Virus record (IMG/VR): IMGVR_UViG_2684622543_000002 | DNA length: 7,259 nucleotides | Source: a virus | Lineage: Duplodnaviria; Heunggongvirae; Uroviricota; Caudoviricetes | Direction: 5' to 3' (one strand) | In this document: in pieces, positions 7,225 to 7,259 of the stretch | Layout of the letters: each line of letters opens with the position of its first letter | How positions within the stretch are numbered: the first letter of the stretch is position 1 | Program-made: the position numbers and the translations under genes | Notes under the pieces: model-generated | Databases searched by the model: none | Told to the model about the DNA's origin: nothing | What the model saw: the letters and a program-made list of their open reading frames with translations, nothing else

Positions 7225-7259
7225 GTGGCTTCTGTTTCTATCAGCTGTCCCTCCTGTTC
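7225..7259 (+). CDS. insA: IS1 InsA (transposition regulator), 5' end only; GTG start
   Basis: GTG at 7225 followed by GCT TCT GTT TCT ATC AGC TGT CCC TCC TGT TC = (M)ASVSISCPSC, the known InsA N-terminus. Truncated by the window edge. Confidence 0.8.
   Translation, partial: MASVSISCPSC

Larger units (their letters stand above)
7170..7259 (+). mobile_element. IS1 insertion sequence, left end (element continues beyond the window)
   Basis: 7170-7259 (GGTGATGCTGCCAACTTACTGATTTAGTGTATGATGGTGTTTTTGAGGTGCTCCAGTGGCTTCTGTTTCTATCAGCTGTCCCTCCTGTTC) matches the canonical IS1 left end as I recall it, including the terminal inverted repeat and the start of insA. Confidence 0.9.

Noticed and set aside
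1-7259. CRISPR arrays, tRNA/rRNA genes, a cos site or an att core
   Set aside because: No regularly spaced direct repeats, no tRNA-like cloverleaf candidates and no recognizable cos or att sequence were seen. The PBSX-type terminase suggests headful packaging, so a lambda-type cos site is not expected.

Overview
This window reads as the late region of a mosaic, lambdoid-type prophage in an enterobacterial (E. coli/Shigella-like) genome, and the prophage looks defective. From 5' to 3': the 3' end of the lysis cassette (Rz i-spanin with the Rz1 o-spanin lipoprotein embedded in the +1 frame); an AT-rich opposite-strand single-gene moron encoding a DedA/YqaA-like polytopic membrane protein; then a tightly packed head packaging/morphogenesis operon (small terminase with N-terminal HTH, PBSX-type large terminase, portal, MuF/SPP1-gp7-like minor head protein, a scaffold-like protein with an acidic TGD-repeat tract, and a small structural protein). 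The window ends in the left end of an IS1 element, inserted 4 nt into what looks like the start of the next head gene (probably the major capsid gene). The portal gene carries an in-frame TAG (3455-3457) and is interrupted by a 299-nt run of N (3536-3834). The most interesting candidate for an undescribed function is the DedA/YqaA-like moron in the lysis-terminase slot (the position lambda uses for bor). All family assignments are from reading the translations by eye; no database search was run.
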